Shown here: one piece after another, positions 1 to 13,242 of the stretch | Layout of the letters: every line of letters begins with the position of its first letter | Position numbering within the stretch: position 1 is the first letter of the stretch | Assembly (NCBI GenBank): GCA_977017645.1 | Contig: OZ360225.1 | Location: 93,310,001-93,374,000, forward strand | Length of the DNA stretch: 64,000 nucleotides | From: Torpedo marmorata | Lineage: Eukaryota | Reading direction: 5' to 3' | Program-made: the position numbers and the translations under genes | Notes under the pieces: model-generated | What the model was told of the DNA's origin: nothing | Seen by the model: the letters and a program-made list of their open reading frames with translations, nothing else | Databases searched by the model: none

Positions 1-1790
1 ACCCGGTGTCGGATAGACATCGTCGTGTTGAAGGCCGTCATGGTCATAACTACCGACGTCACGTCGGTGTTGTTTTCAGACCACTGCCTCCTTCGAGCCT
101 ACAGGAGGACCAGAAGGCAGGCAGGGGAATGTGGAAGCTGAACGTGAAGTTGCTGACCCCAGACAACATAGAGGAATATGCTGGTTTGAGAACTGTGAAA
201 CCCTTCTTTGACTCCCCAGTGACCAATTAACCAAGGAGAACATCAAGAGGTTTTTTTTATCCTCAAGGGCGTTCGGAGAGCAAGGCAGAGGGAACTGAGC
301 CAACTCCAGACTGACCTGCAGCAACTCCTCCTTCTACAGCTGAGAGGGGTGGATGTGAGAGAGGAACTCTGAAAGGTAAAGAACCGGCAAGCCATGCTAT
401 TCACCTCGGAGTCCTCCAAGATCATCTTCTGATCCAGAGTCCGCACAGTGGAGCAGGGTGTGACGTGCTCACGCTTCTTCTTCCTAAAGGTTCATAGAGG
501 GAGTTCTGTGATTCACAGTCTTGTGGAAGAGGATGGCTCAGTCACATCCTCGCAGATGGGCACAGAGCATCAGCAGATCCTTTTATGACAAACTGTATCT
601 CACTAAGGGTACAGACAGAATGGCCTCCCAAAACTTCCTGTCCTCTATCACGGAGGTCTTAGATGACAGCAAGCGGGAGAGTCTAGACCAGCCAATTACC
701 CTGGGGGAACTGATGGACTCTATCCGTCCTTTGGGTCGAGTAAAACTCCCGGAAGGGACGGCTTACCAGATGAGTTGTACATGGCTCTGTGGGACTGCAT
801 GAGCCTGGACCTTCTGGAAATATACAACGCTATGCTCCGGGCAGGCATCATGTCAGACTCTAAGACAGAGCATCATGACCCTCATCTTCAAACAGAAGGG
901 GGAGAAGGAAGATATCAGGAATTGGAGACCCATATCATTGTTAAATATTGACTACAAAATCCTGTCCAAAGCCATCGCCAATGGAGTCAAGTCTGCTATG
1001 GGGCAGATGATCCACCCAGATCAAATCTGCATGGTTCCAGGCAGGAAAATCTCTGACCCCCTCACTCCTCAGAGATACCATTGCCTATATGCAGGACGGG
1101 GTGGACACCTGCCTGGTCAGCTTAGACCAGGAGAAGGCTTTCGACCAGATATCGCACACATACATGATGGACATGCTCTCCAAAATGGGCTTTGGAGAAG
1201 GAATGCGAAATTGGATTAAATTGTTCCACACGGACATCCAAATCGCAGTCCAAATCAATGGATGGGAAACAGATAGCTTCCCTATCAAGTCTGGAATCAG
1301 GTAGAGTTGTCCACTCTCTTCATTCTTATTTGTGTGCTGCATAGAGTCCTTTGCTGAATCCATCAGGAAAGACGAATGCACAAGAGGAGTGATGTTGCCA
1401 GGCAGTGGAGGCACTCGGGTCAAGGCTTCCCTGTACGTGTACAACATCGCCTTTTTCTGTTTGGACACACAATTGGTCCGTAGACTGATCAACATCTGCA
1501 ACCATTTTGAGTTTGCATCGGGCGCCAGGGTAAACTGGAAGAAGAGCGAGGCAATGCTCTTTTATCGAAGTTATCTTCGATAACTAGTCTGACCGGTCCA
1601 CCGTCCCCTTCACAGTCAGATCTGATTACCTGAAGTGTTGGGGATCTGGTTCGAGGAGCTGAGGCGTGCACAAAAATTTGTCAGAACGGATCACAAAAGT
1701 CCACCAGAAATTTGGTCTCTCTCTCTCAATAACAGGGAAGAACCTGGTCAGCAGGTGCAAGGTGCTCTCAGTACTGCTGTACGTGGAGCA
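1..1790 (+). mobile_element. Degenerate Tx1-like (L1 clade) non-LTR retrotransposon ORF2 fragment (end of APE endonuclease plus RT)
   Basis: Frame 1 reads RID...FSDH (APE end). ORF pieces WKLNVKLL, KGEKEDIRNWRPISLLNIDYKILSK, LDQEKAFD follow, with many stops and frameshifts. Confidence 0.85.
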
Positions 1791-1799
1791 GGAAATGGG

Positions 1800-2090
1800 C
1801 GGGGAGCACACTTGTTGAGGTGGAGCTGGTGGAAAACTCCAAGTTCTTAGGATGAAATATCACCAACAACCTGGCTTGTTCCAACCACAGCAAAACTACA
1901 ACTAAATAAGCAGACCAACAGCTCTATTTTCTCAGAAGCTAAAGAAATTCACATATACCAAGGTCTCTTACGATCTTTTACAGGTGCACCATAGAAAGTA
2001 TCCTCTCGTAATACAACACAGCTTGGGATGGGATCAGCTCTGCCCAAGACAGGAAGAAATGTCAGAAAGTTGTGAATACAGCTCAGGCTC
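1800..2090 (+). mobile_element. Old Rex1/Babar-like LINE RT C-terminal fragment
   Basis: Degenerate similarity to the KFLG...[10 protein letters not shown] region of the element at 54323-57476. Confidence 0.55.
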
Positions 2091-2632
2091 TATTGAGCTG
2101 CTGGAGAATTTTGTTAGGATGGTGGCCGGTTGCCTTACCCTCCTCAACCTCCTTAGGAAGTGTAGGTGCTTATGCATCTTCCTGACTAATGAGGAGGTGT
2201 TATGGGACAAGGGTAGGTCGTCCTTTAAATGGACGCTAAGGAACTTTGTGCTCCCCCTCTCTCTACGATGGAGCCATTGATAGGTAGTGGGGAGTGGTCC
2301 TTTGTCCTCCCAAAGTCCACAATCATCTTCTTTGCCTTGTCCACGATGAGACTCAGGTTGTTGCTCTTGCACCACTGTACATGCCTTTCAACCTCCTCTT
2401 TGTAAACTGACTCATCATTGTTGCCAATGAGGCCAACTATTGTTGTGTCATCTGCAAACTTGATTCTGTTGAAGCTGAGCCTGGCAGTGCAGACGTGAGT
2501 TAGCAGCGTGCACAGTAGCGGGCTGAGCATACAGCTCTGAGATGCGCCAGTGCTCAGTGTGATGGGGCTTGAGGTTTTGCTGTCAACCCAGACAGACTGT
2601 GGTCTTTCAATCAAGAAGTCCAGGAACAATCT
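2091..2632 (-). mobile_element. Rex1/Babar-like LINE RT fragment
   Basis: ORFs give DFLIERPQSV, STGASQSCMLSPLL, KFADDTTIVGLI, HLHFLRRLRR. Confidence 0.85.
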
Positions 2633-3700
2633 TGCTCTCAACATCAACAAGACCAAGAAGCTTCTCGTGGAGTTTAAGGGGGAGGCCGACGGATCACACC
2701 TGTATTCAGTTGGTGGGCCAGCTGTGGAGAGAGTTAAACCTTCGAGTTCCTAGGTGTCCACACATTGGAGGACCTCTCCTGGAGCCAGAACATTGAAGCA
2801 GCTGTGAAGAAGACACACCAACACCTCTACATTCTAAGAAGACTGAGGATATTTGGCATGTCATCAAATAATCTATCGAACTTCTACACGTGCACTGGAA
2901 AGTATTCTAACTGGTTGCATAACAGCCTGGTTTGGAAACCCAGTGCACATGACACAGAAGACTGAAGAAAGTGGAAAACCTAGCCAGGTGCCTTACAGGC
3001 ACTGACTTCCCATCCATTGAAGATGTATTTTTGAGGCGCTGCCTCAAGAAGGTAGCCAGTATCAAAAGGATTCCTTTATGGGCTGGCATGGATAGCAAAG
3101 TGGTTAGTGCAACACCAATACAGTGCTAAATCCGGCACTGCCTGTAAATTTTGTATGTTTTCCCTGTGACTGCGTGGGTTTCCTCTGGGTGCTCCGGTTT
3201 CCTTCAATGCTTCAAAGATGTACGGATTAATAGGTTAGTTGGTCACATGGGTATAATTGGGGCAGCGCAGGCTCGTAGGCAGGAAGAGCATGTTACTGCG
3301 CTGTATCTCTTTTTTTTTCAGGCAGAGGGTACGTCAGCCTGAAGACGGCAGCTTTAGGTTCAAGAACAATTTTTTTTCCAACAGCTATCAGGTTCATGAA
3401 CCTCCCCATACTACTCTAAACATAAACTGCTTCCAGACCACCAAAAGATCTGTCTGCATTATTGAAACATCACATTATTTTTGCACTGACTGCAACTGTG
3501 AATATTTATTTATCTATCCTTTATTTACCTATCCTTTTATTCTCCCCTTTTCTGTCTTATGGTGCATTATGGTAATTTAATTTGTACAATGTTGTTGGTG
3601 TATCTTACGTACCTTTGTGGCTGCAGCAAGTAGGAATTTCAATGCATCTGCATATTGTACTTAAGTATATGAAAATAGACCCTCATATAACAACAATTTC
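2627..3700 (+). mobile_element. Rex1/Babar-like LINE 3' part, interrupted by a SINE
   Basis: NNLALNINKTK and DLSWSQNI...HLYILRRLR; resumes after ~3318 with RFKNNFF and a 3' UTR. Confidence 0.75.
3080..3317 (+). mobile_element. HE1/V-SINE-type tRNA-derived SINE (diverged)
   Basis: Central TGCGTGGGTTTCCTCTGGGTGCTCCGGTTTCC domain and CR1-like tail shared with four - strand copies in the window. Confidence 0.8.
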
Positions 3701-6700
3701 AGTCTTTTAGATATCCATGAATATGAAAAAAAATTACAGGTGTTGGAAATCTTAAACATTAACTCTGTTTTTTCTTTCACAAATGCTACCTGACCTGCTG
3801 AGTCGTTATAGATTTTTTTGGTTTTCCTTTTACATATCTATACTTGAATCCACCAGAACGTAACATTTTTGCAACTACATTATGGTCTTTCACGCAGAAA
3901 TGTTGCAGTGCGTTAATCCTATTTACTACTTATAAGTAGAAAATAAATATCTCACATACATTTGGTTTGAAGAGTTGTATTGAAGTAATAAACTTATTTC
4001 ATATAAAATACTATATTGTTAATTTTATCAATGAAATATCAAGTTGCTGTTGTGTTATTTTTAAGTATGAATGTTAGCTTTCCAGAGGGTTTGACATTTT
4101 TTATTCCATATAACATTATTATTAAGTTTATCAATGATAATTAATAGAATATAATTTTATATATGTAATGTGTGATAGGTTTTCAGTGATTTGGAATTTA
4201 AAAGGCTTCAGTTGACTCTACCAGCTCAGTTTCAGAATGAGCTATTTCTTTTTTTTAAAATATTTTATTTAAAATTTTAAATCACAAAATACATAGAATA
4301 AACTATAAAATTATCAAAAATACTTGTGATATATTTTCACCCCCCCTCCCACCCTCCCCTCCCCAACCCTCCCAACCCCACTAATCTAATAAAATATAAA
4401 AATAAAGAAAGAAAAAGATAAGGTAAGGAGAATGTCAATCTAATAAATACATCTATAAACTAATTCTATTATGGAGGTTAGGTAGCCAGTAGATCCAATG
4501 TCCAGAGATCTTCAAATGCTTAAGCCAACAGCTTTCATATAAGGGCTCCATATTTTTAAAAAGAAATGATATTTATTCTGTAAGTTATAAGTAATTTTTT
4601 CAAGTGGTATACATGAACGAAGTTCTGCATGCCATCTTTCTAACCCTAAATCAACATCAGATTTCCAAGTAATAGCAATGCATTTCTTTGAAACAGCTAA
4701 AGCAATTCGCAAAAATTCTATTTGATACATATTTAATTTCATCTTAATACTAAATTTTTTAATATCTCCAAACAAAAATATCATAGGATCCATCGGGAAT
4801 ATAATCTTAAATACTTTATCTAAATTTTTTTAAACTTTGAACCAAAAATCGTAGACTTTTGGACAAAACCATGTAGAATGTACAAAAGAACCTTCCTCTT
4901 TATTACATCTGAAACATAAACCTGATAATGTCGGGTTAAATTTCTTTAATTTTTCAGGTGTTAAATATAATTGATGAAAAAAATTGTATTGTACTAATCT
5001 ATATCTAACATTAATAATCTTTGTCATACTTAATTTACATAATTCTTTCCAATGATTTTCATCTATTGTTACGTTCAAATCTAATTCCCATTTTAATCTT
5101 GATTTATGAATTCCAACTTTAGGAATTTTCCTCTGAAACAATTTATACATTTGAGAAATAAATTTGTTTACATCTCCTTTAGTAACTAATAATTCTAATT
5201 CATTCTGTCTTGGTAAAATCAAAGCATAACCTGATTTCTCAATCAGAAAAGCTCTAATTTGATAATAAGCAAAAAGTGTATTATCTAATATATTAAATTT
5301 ATCTTTCATTCTTTGAAAAGTAATAAATTTCCCAGCTTCAAAACAATCATTTATTTTCTTAATTCCTTTTTGAAACCAAATTTTAAATAATTGATTATTA
5401 ACAGTAAATGGAATAAGTCCATTTTAATATAAAGGCATCTTTGAAGAAATCAATCCTTTTCCGCCTATTTCCTTATCCGTCTTATTCCATATTTCTAACA
5501 AATGTTTAAGAATAGGAGAATTTTTCTTTCTTGTTGATATTAATTTAGAATCCCATTTATAAATAACTTCTTCTTTGAAATCTTCTCCTATATTATTTAA
5601 TTCTATTTTAATCCAAGCAGAAGATTTAGTTGAATCAAAAAATTCATTAACAAATTTTAATTGAGCTGCTTTGTAATAATTTTGGAAATTAGGACGTTGT
5701 AGACCACCCATTTCATAATTCCAAGTTAATTTTTCCATACCTACTCTTGCTAACTTTCCTTTCCATAAAAATTTTCTAATAATTGAATTTAAATCTTTGA
5801 AAAATTTTTGAGGAATTTCATAAGGAATTGATTGAAAAAGATATTGAATTCTTGGAAAAACATTCATTTTAATACAATTTACTCTTCCCATTAAAGTTAT
5901 AGGTAAATCTTTCCAATTTTCTAAATCCTTTTTTATTTTCACAAATAATGGTAAATAATTTAATTTATATAAATTAGCCAATTTTGTGTCAATCCTTATT
6001 CCCAAATATTTAATTCCTTCCTTTGCCCATTTAAATTGTGTAATTTCTTTACATTTACTATAATCCCCTTGTGATAATGCCATAATTTCACTTTTATCAG
6101 AATTAATTTTATATCCAGATATTTCCCCATATTCTCTCAATAACGCAGACAGTTGTACTAAAGATGTATTAGATTTTGTCATATATATCAATACATCATC
6201 TGCAAATAAACTAATTTTATGTTCTTCCGTTCCAACTTTAATACCAACTATTTTAGGATCTTTTCTAACTAATTCTGCCAAAGGTTCTATCGCCAAAATA
6301 AATAACGCTGGTGACAAAGGACATCCTTGTCTAGTAGATCGAGTCAAAAGAAATCTTGAAGAAATCTGTCCATTCGTAACCACTTTAGCAGATGGTTCTT
6401 TATATATAGTTTTAATCCAATTAATAAACGTAATTCCAAAACCAAATTTCTCCAACACCTTTTTTTTTAATATTTTATTTTAAATTTTTTAATTTTTCAC
6501 TGTAATACAACATACGTATTATACATTGTTAATTCTAGTACATAGAAAAACATAATTTGTATTACAGTGTATCTAACCCCTCTCATAACCCACCCTCTAT
6601 AAAGTTGCCCACCCTCCACCCATCCCCTCCCTTAATTCCCTCCCCATCTAAAAACTAAAAGAAAAAATAGAAAAGAAGGTATTAATATTACTTATCCAAT

Positions 6701-6809
6701 ATAACTGAACGGATCGCTGCTGGCTCCACGACTCGACGCGTGGTATTCAACAGTATTTATTCTTTAAGTTTGAGAGAGTCAATAGGGTCCAGGATGTAGA
6801 GCAACACAT

Positions 6810-9800
6810 TCAAATATTCATACCTAATGATTGGATATATGGACGCCAAATTTGCAAAAATATCCCATATTTGTTTCTCATATTATATGTTATTCTTTCC
6901 AAAGGAATACAGCTTTGCATCTCTGAATTCCACCTATCCATACTTAAACTTATATCTGATTTCCAGGTTACTGCTATACATTTCCTTGCTACTGCTAAAG
7001 CAATTTTTACAAATTTCAATTGACATGTAGATAACTTCAACTTTGGTCTGGTTCCTTCCACATTTCCTAATAGAAATAAATCAGGATTCTGTGGAAATGT
7101 AACACCTGTAATTTGCTGTAACAGGTTCCCTAACTCTATCCAAAAACATTTAACTTTAGAACATAACCATGTTGAATGTAGAAAAGTTCCCTCCACTTCA
7201 CCACATCTAAAACACCTATTTGATAACGTAGATTTTATCTTATTCAATTTTTGTGGTGTAAGGTATAATTGATGTAAAAAATTATATTGTACTAATCTAT
7301 ATCTTACATTAATAGTATTAGTCATACTGTCTTGACATAAATCCGACCATCTTTTTTCATCAATTGTAACATTAAGATCTTGCTCCCATCTTTGTCTAGA
7401 CTTATGAAGTCCTTGTTTTAAAGCTCCCCTTTGTAACAAAGAATACATTATAGAAGTAAATTTTTTAATATTTCCTTTCCTAATAAGAATTTCTACCTCA
7501 CTACAATCTTGTAACAACATATCTGGACCTAGTTTTTCTCTTAAATAACCTCTTAATTGAAAATAACAAAAAAGAGTGTTATTGGGTATTCCATATTTAT
7601 CCCGTAGTTGTACAAACGACATCAGCTGGTTCCCTTCATAACAATCTTCTATCTTCTTTATTCCTTTCTGTGACCATATGTTTAAAAATTGATTATCTTT
7701 TGTAAATGGTATAAGATTATTCTGTATCAAAGGCATTTTGGGTGATATGTTTCCTTTAATCCCTATCTCATCATTAATCTTGTTCCAGGCATTAATCAAA
7801 TGTTTTAACAACGGCGTTTCTTTAACACCTATCAATAATTTTGAATTCCATTTGTATATAAATTCTTCTGGTATCTTTTCTCCTATTTCACCAAGCTCTA
7901 TTCCAACCCATGCAGGTCTTACTTCACTTTCAAAAAAGGAAGTAACAAATCTTATTTGTGCCACTCGATAATAATTCTTAAAATTAGGGAGTTGTAAACC
8001 TCCCAGTTGGTATTTCCATGTTAAACGTTCCATGGAAACTCTTGACATTTTACCTTTCCAAAGAAACATTTGCACCTGTTTGTTTAAATCCTGAAAAAAA
8101 GCCTGTGGTAATAAAATAGGTATAGTTTGATACAGGTACTGTATCCTTGAAAATATATTCATTTTAATACAGTTAACTCTTCCAATCAATGTGATGGGTA
8201 AATTAATCCATTTCTCCAAATCTTCTTTAATTTTTTTAAGCAATGGTAGATCATTCAATTTATATAAGTTTTTTAATTTATTATCTGTTCAAACCCCAAG
8301 ATATTTTATTCCCTTATGTGGCCATTTAAACTGAGTATTTCTTTTACATAAAGTACAATCTCCCTCTGTAAGGGGCATAATTTCACTTTTATCCCAGTTT
8401 ATCTTATAACCAGAGACTTTCCCATATTCCTCCAATTTAAAATGTAATCTTTGCAAAGAAGTCTCAGGCTCCGTCAAGTATATTAAGACATCATCCGCAA
8501 ATAAGCTAATTTTATGTTGCTCTTGACCAACTGTAAATCCCTTAATTGCCAAATCACTTCTAATTGCCTCTGCTAACGGTTCTATAGCTAATATAAATAA
8601 AGCTGGTGACAACGGACATCCCTGTCGGCTAGACCTTGTCAGACAAAACAAAGTTGATATTTATCCATTGGTCACTACTTTAGCTTTTGGAGCATTATAT
8701 AATGCTTTAATCCAATCTATATAAGTCTTCCCAAATCCAAATTTCTCCAATACTTTAAACAAAAAGTCCCACTCCAGTCTATCAAAAGCTTTCTCTGCGT
8801 CTAATGCCACTGCTACACTTAGTACTTTCCTTTTTTGAGCTAAATGAATAATACTAAGTAGCCTTGCTACATTGTAAGCTGCTTGTCTCTTTTTTATAAA
8901 GCCTGTTTGGTCCGTATTTACTAATTTTGGTAAAAGTTTTGTTATCCTATTTGCCAAGATTTTCGCCACAATCTTATAATCTGCATTCAATAATGAAATT
9001 GGTCTATATGATGAAGGTTTCAAAGGATCTCTATCTTTTTTTGGTATTACTGTAATTATTGCAGTAGAAAAAGATTCTGGAAGCATATGCGTCACAGATG
9101 CTTGTTGTAACATATCCATGAAATAGGAATTAATAATTCCTTAAATTCTTTATAAAACTCTGGTGGAAAACCATCCTCCCCCGGTGCTTTATTACTTTGT
9201 AGTGAACTCATTGCATCTTTCACTTCCCTCTGCGTAAATTGGGTACTTAATTCTAATCACTCTTGCATATTTAATCTTGGTAAATTTATCTGTGATAGAT
9301 ATCCATCAATTTTACTACCACCTTGCAGGGATTCTGATTTGTATAAATCAGAGTAGAATTTTTTAAAAGAATCGTTTATTATTTGAGGTTTATAACTGAT
9401 AACATCAGCCTCAGTTTTAACTGCATTAATTGTTCTTGATGCCTGTTCTGTTTTTAACTCCCATGCTAATACTTTATGTGAGCGTTCTCCTAACTCATAA
9501 TATGTTTGCTTAGTTCTTGTAATAGTCTTCTCCGTTCTATAAGTCTGTAACATATTATATTGAAATTTCTTATTAGTTAATTGCCTACGTTTGTCTACAG
9601 AGCTCCTCTTTTGTAAATCCTTTTCTAGAATCGTTATTTCTTTTTCTAATTGGTCTATTTCTCTCATATAATCCTTTTTAATTTTTGAAGAGTAACTTAT
9701 AATTTGACCTCTCAAATATACTTTCAAAGTTTCCCATATTACAAATTTATCAGCCACGGAGTTTAGATTTGTTTCACAAAATATCTGAATTTGCCTCCTT

Positions 9801-10589
9801 ATAAAATCACAAAAATCTGTTCTTTTCAATAATAAAGGGTTTAATCTCCATCTATATATCGACTTTTCTTTATCAGGTACAACAACTGTCATCAATAAGG
9901 GTGAGTGGTCAGACATAATTCTTGCTTTATACTCTGCTTCTAAAATTCTATCTTGCAATTGAGCTGAAACTAAAAATAAATCAATTCTGGAATAAGAGTC
10001 ATGTCTACTAGAATAAAAAGAAAAATCTTTGTCTCTAGGATGGATTCTTCTCCAAGCATCAATCAAATTTAAATCATTCATCAGTACCAACGTCGCTTTC
10101 GCAGCCTTAGTTCTCTTCACTCCTCTTGTAGACTTATCTAAAACCGGATCTAAACAAAAGTTAAAATCTCCTCCTATTATAATATTCTCATGTGCTTCTG
10201 CTATATTAAGAAAGGTCTCTTGAATAAACTTATCATCATCCGTATTGGGAGCATATATATTCAAGAAAGTCCAAAATTCTGAATAAATCTGACAATGAAT
10301 CATTACATATCTCCCTGCAGGATCTTTCACAACATTCTGAATTATAATTGGAAGATTCTTTTTTATTAAAATTGCCACACCCCTTGCCTTAGAATTAAAT
10401 GAAGAAGCCGCTACATACCCCACCCAATCCCTTTTTAATTTCAAATGTTCTTTCTCTGTTAAATGCGTCTCTTGTAAAAAAGCCACATCAACACCCAATT
10501 TTTTAATATACACTAGCACTCTTTTCCTCTTAATCCGGTCCATTTATCCCATTAATATTAAAATTCAAAAATCTTACTATATTACTCAT
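6810..10589 (-). pseudogene. L1 ORF2 (APE endonuclease-RT-Cys/His knuckle), disrupted
   Basis: ATG at 10589 (MSNIVRFLNFNING), LQETH, YAPN, GGDFN, SRID, SDH, YRPISLLN, QGCPLSP, FADD, CFRC...HSTWLC; split into five ORF pieces. Confidence 0.93.
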
Positions 10590-11052
10590 TTTAGATTATA
10601 TTTCATTCCTTTTAATGTTACCTCTTCCAGCCCAGACCCCTAATTCTCTCCCTTTTACTTCATTCTTCAATCTCCATCGCGCCAGCATATGTCCCCCCCA
10701 GCAATCCATACAGACAAAAAAGAAAAAATATACAATTAAAGAATACAATCCCCCCCTTCTACAAAAACGAAGAAAAAAACTAACTACATCCCCACTAGCG
10801 CTTTTAAAATATACAGCGCTACCCCCCTCTATTTTACGGGCCACGACCGAAGTCGCAAAAGTACACATGATTACAATAGAAGTCAGGACCTCATCTCCTC
10901 CCCCCGACCCCCCTGGTTTAACATTTTTCTTTTTATATATACATAGTCTCTTTTTTTTAAAAAGAGACACAGACACTAAGTAATCAATCATCAGTTTTAC
11001 CAAAATTAAAAACTGATATATATCATTCCATCAACATTATAAAACATTGTTT

Positions 11053-12164
11053 CTAACGATCAGCCAAAACCTGCGGACGTTCCTTGGCAAATTCTTCTGC
11101 CAAAGTATAATTTGTGAAAAATTTATTTTGTTGATCTGGCAAGAAGATCTTCGAAGTTGCAGGATGTCGCAATACAAATCTGTAGCCCTTCTCCCAAAGA
11201 GTCTTTTTAGCTGGATTAAATTCCTTCCTCCTCTTCATTAAGTCGGCGCTTATGTCAGGATAAAAAAGGATTTTAGCCTCCTTATATATCAAAGGGCTTT
11301 GTCTGTTTCTTGCTTGCTCCATTGCTAGTTGTAAAACTCTCTCTCTGTCTTGGTAACGTAGAAATTTAACTAAAATCGAACGCGGATTCTGGTCTCGTAA
11401 CGGCTTCGCTCTTAGAGACCTATGCGCTCTTTCAATTTCAATTACTTGGTCAAAGTTATCTACACCCAGCACTTGCGGTATCCAGTTCTTCATAAAAGCA
11501 ACCATGTCTTGTCCTTCTTCTTCTTCTTTGAGACCAACTATTTTTATATTATTTCTTCTCCTAAAATTCTCCAATATGTCCACTTTTTGTTGAAGCTTCT
11601 TATTTTCTATTACTAAGGCAGTAACATCATTTTCCACCCCCTCCACTCTCTCTTCGGTAGTTTCCATATCAGATTGTACTTTCTTAACTTTCTTCTCAAT
11701 CTTATTCACTTTTAACTTTAAGACTCTCATATCTTTTATCACTTCTTTAATATCTTTAATATCAGCCTTTACCTCATTCATTACTGTTACCAAAGGTGCA
11801 TAGTCTGGTGATTTCCCTTTAAATGATAGTATACGTTCTTCCTGCGGTTGTTGTTGTAGTCCTTCAGCCTCCAGCTGGCCCTCCTCGTCATCCGATTCGG
11901 AGCTGCTCGTTTCTTCCTGGCCCAACGTTGCCGAGTGTGCGGAGTTTCGCGCATGCGCAGTGCCGGCCCGACTTCCTCCCCGACGCCATGTTCTTGCCGT
12001 CGGGGACGAGCAGTGCCAGCAGATGTCCCCACCAACGGAGCCTCCTCCTGGGGCTCCGTTTGAACTTCAGCTCCCAGGCGTCGAGGCCTTTTTGCAGTCT
12101 GGATCTTCTCCTTTCGTTGAGCTTTAGGTAAGGCTTTGGCTGTTTTATCTTTTTTTTGAGGCAT
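11053..12164 (-). pseudogene. L1 ORF1 (coiled coil, RRM, CTD), one frameshift
   Basis: ORFs 11787-12164 and 11053-11925; LENFRRRNNIKIVGLKE, IERAHR, PRSILVKFLRYQDRE, FYPDIS. Confidence 0.92.
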
Positions 12165-12983
12165 CTTTACTTTCTCCCTAGTGCTTAAATACTTTTTTTT
12201 AAATAGTTAAAACTTTAAAAAAAACTTTTTTTACTCAAACTTTTTTTAATGATCCCAGGAGGGTCGGGTTACTGCGTCCTAACTCTACGGCATCACGTGA
12301 CGTCCCCCCTCCAACACCTTAAATAAAAAATTCCACTCTAGTCTATCAAAAGCCTTTTCGGCATCTATAGTTAATACTAATGGTAAATCTTTCTTTTTTT
12401 GTAAATTAATTAAGCTAATTAATCTAGCTATATTATCTTTTGAATATCTATTCTTAATAAAACCAGCTTGGTCTACATGAATTAAATCTGGTAAATAATT
12501 AGCCATCCTATTTGCTAAAATGTTTGCCATTATCTTGTAATCTACATTTAACAATGAAATAGGTCTATATGATTCAGTTTTCAATACATCTCTATCTTTT
12601 TTTGGTATAACTGTAATTATTGCATTTAAAAATGTATCCGGTAATGAATGGGTTTCCGTAATTTGATTTAATACATCCATATACGGAGGTATCAATAAGT
12701 CTTTAAACTCTTTATAAAATTCTGCTGGAAATCCATCATCACCTGGAGATTTACCACTCGTTAAAGAAGTAAGAACTTCATTAATTTCCCTCATTGAGAA
12801 AGGTAAATCTAAAGCTTCTCTACTTTGAATATTTAATTTAGGTAATGTAATCTTAGATAAAAATCTATTAATTTTAGAATCGTCTTGATCAATCTGAGAT
12901 TTATATAAATTTAAATAATAATCCTTAAAAGAATCATTTATTTCTCGAGTTTTATAAGTTATTTCCCTAGAATTCTTTTTCTT

Positions 12984-13242
12984 TTTTAAAAAATATTTTA
13001 TTTAAAAATTTTAAATCACAAAATACATAAAATAAAATATGAAATTATCAAAATATTTGTGATACATTTTCCCCTCCCCAACCCTCCCAACCCCACTAAT
13101 CTAATAAAAATAAAAATATAAAATAAAAATAGAAAAAGAAGAAAAAAAAAGAAAGAAAAAGATAGAGTAAGGAGAATGCCAATCTAAAAAAAAAAACATA
13201 CATCTATAAACTAATTCTATTCTGGAGGTCAGGTATGCCAGT
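12984..13242 (-). mobile_element. L1 3'-UTR-only insertion (~260 bp) nested in the outer L1
   Basis: TSD TAGAATT(C/A)TTTTTCTT at 12968-12983 and 13243-13258; closely resembles 4250-4490. Confidence 0.9.

Larger units (their letters stand above)
6462..12308 (-). mobile_element. Full-length L1 of a second family, nested in the outer L1
   Basis: 12-bp TSD CTCCAACACCTT at 6450-6461 and 12309-12320. Has a 5' end GGGGGACGTCACGTGATG, ORF1, ~460-bp spacer, ORF2, 3' UTR and poly(A). Confidence 0.95.

Noticed and set aside
2091-3075. Back-to-back Rex1-like fragments as a twin-priming inversion
   Set aside because: Both encode the same NNL.L...K region with different sequences, so they are independent copies.
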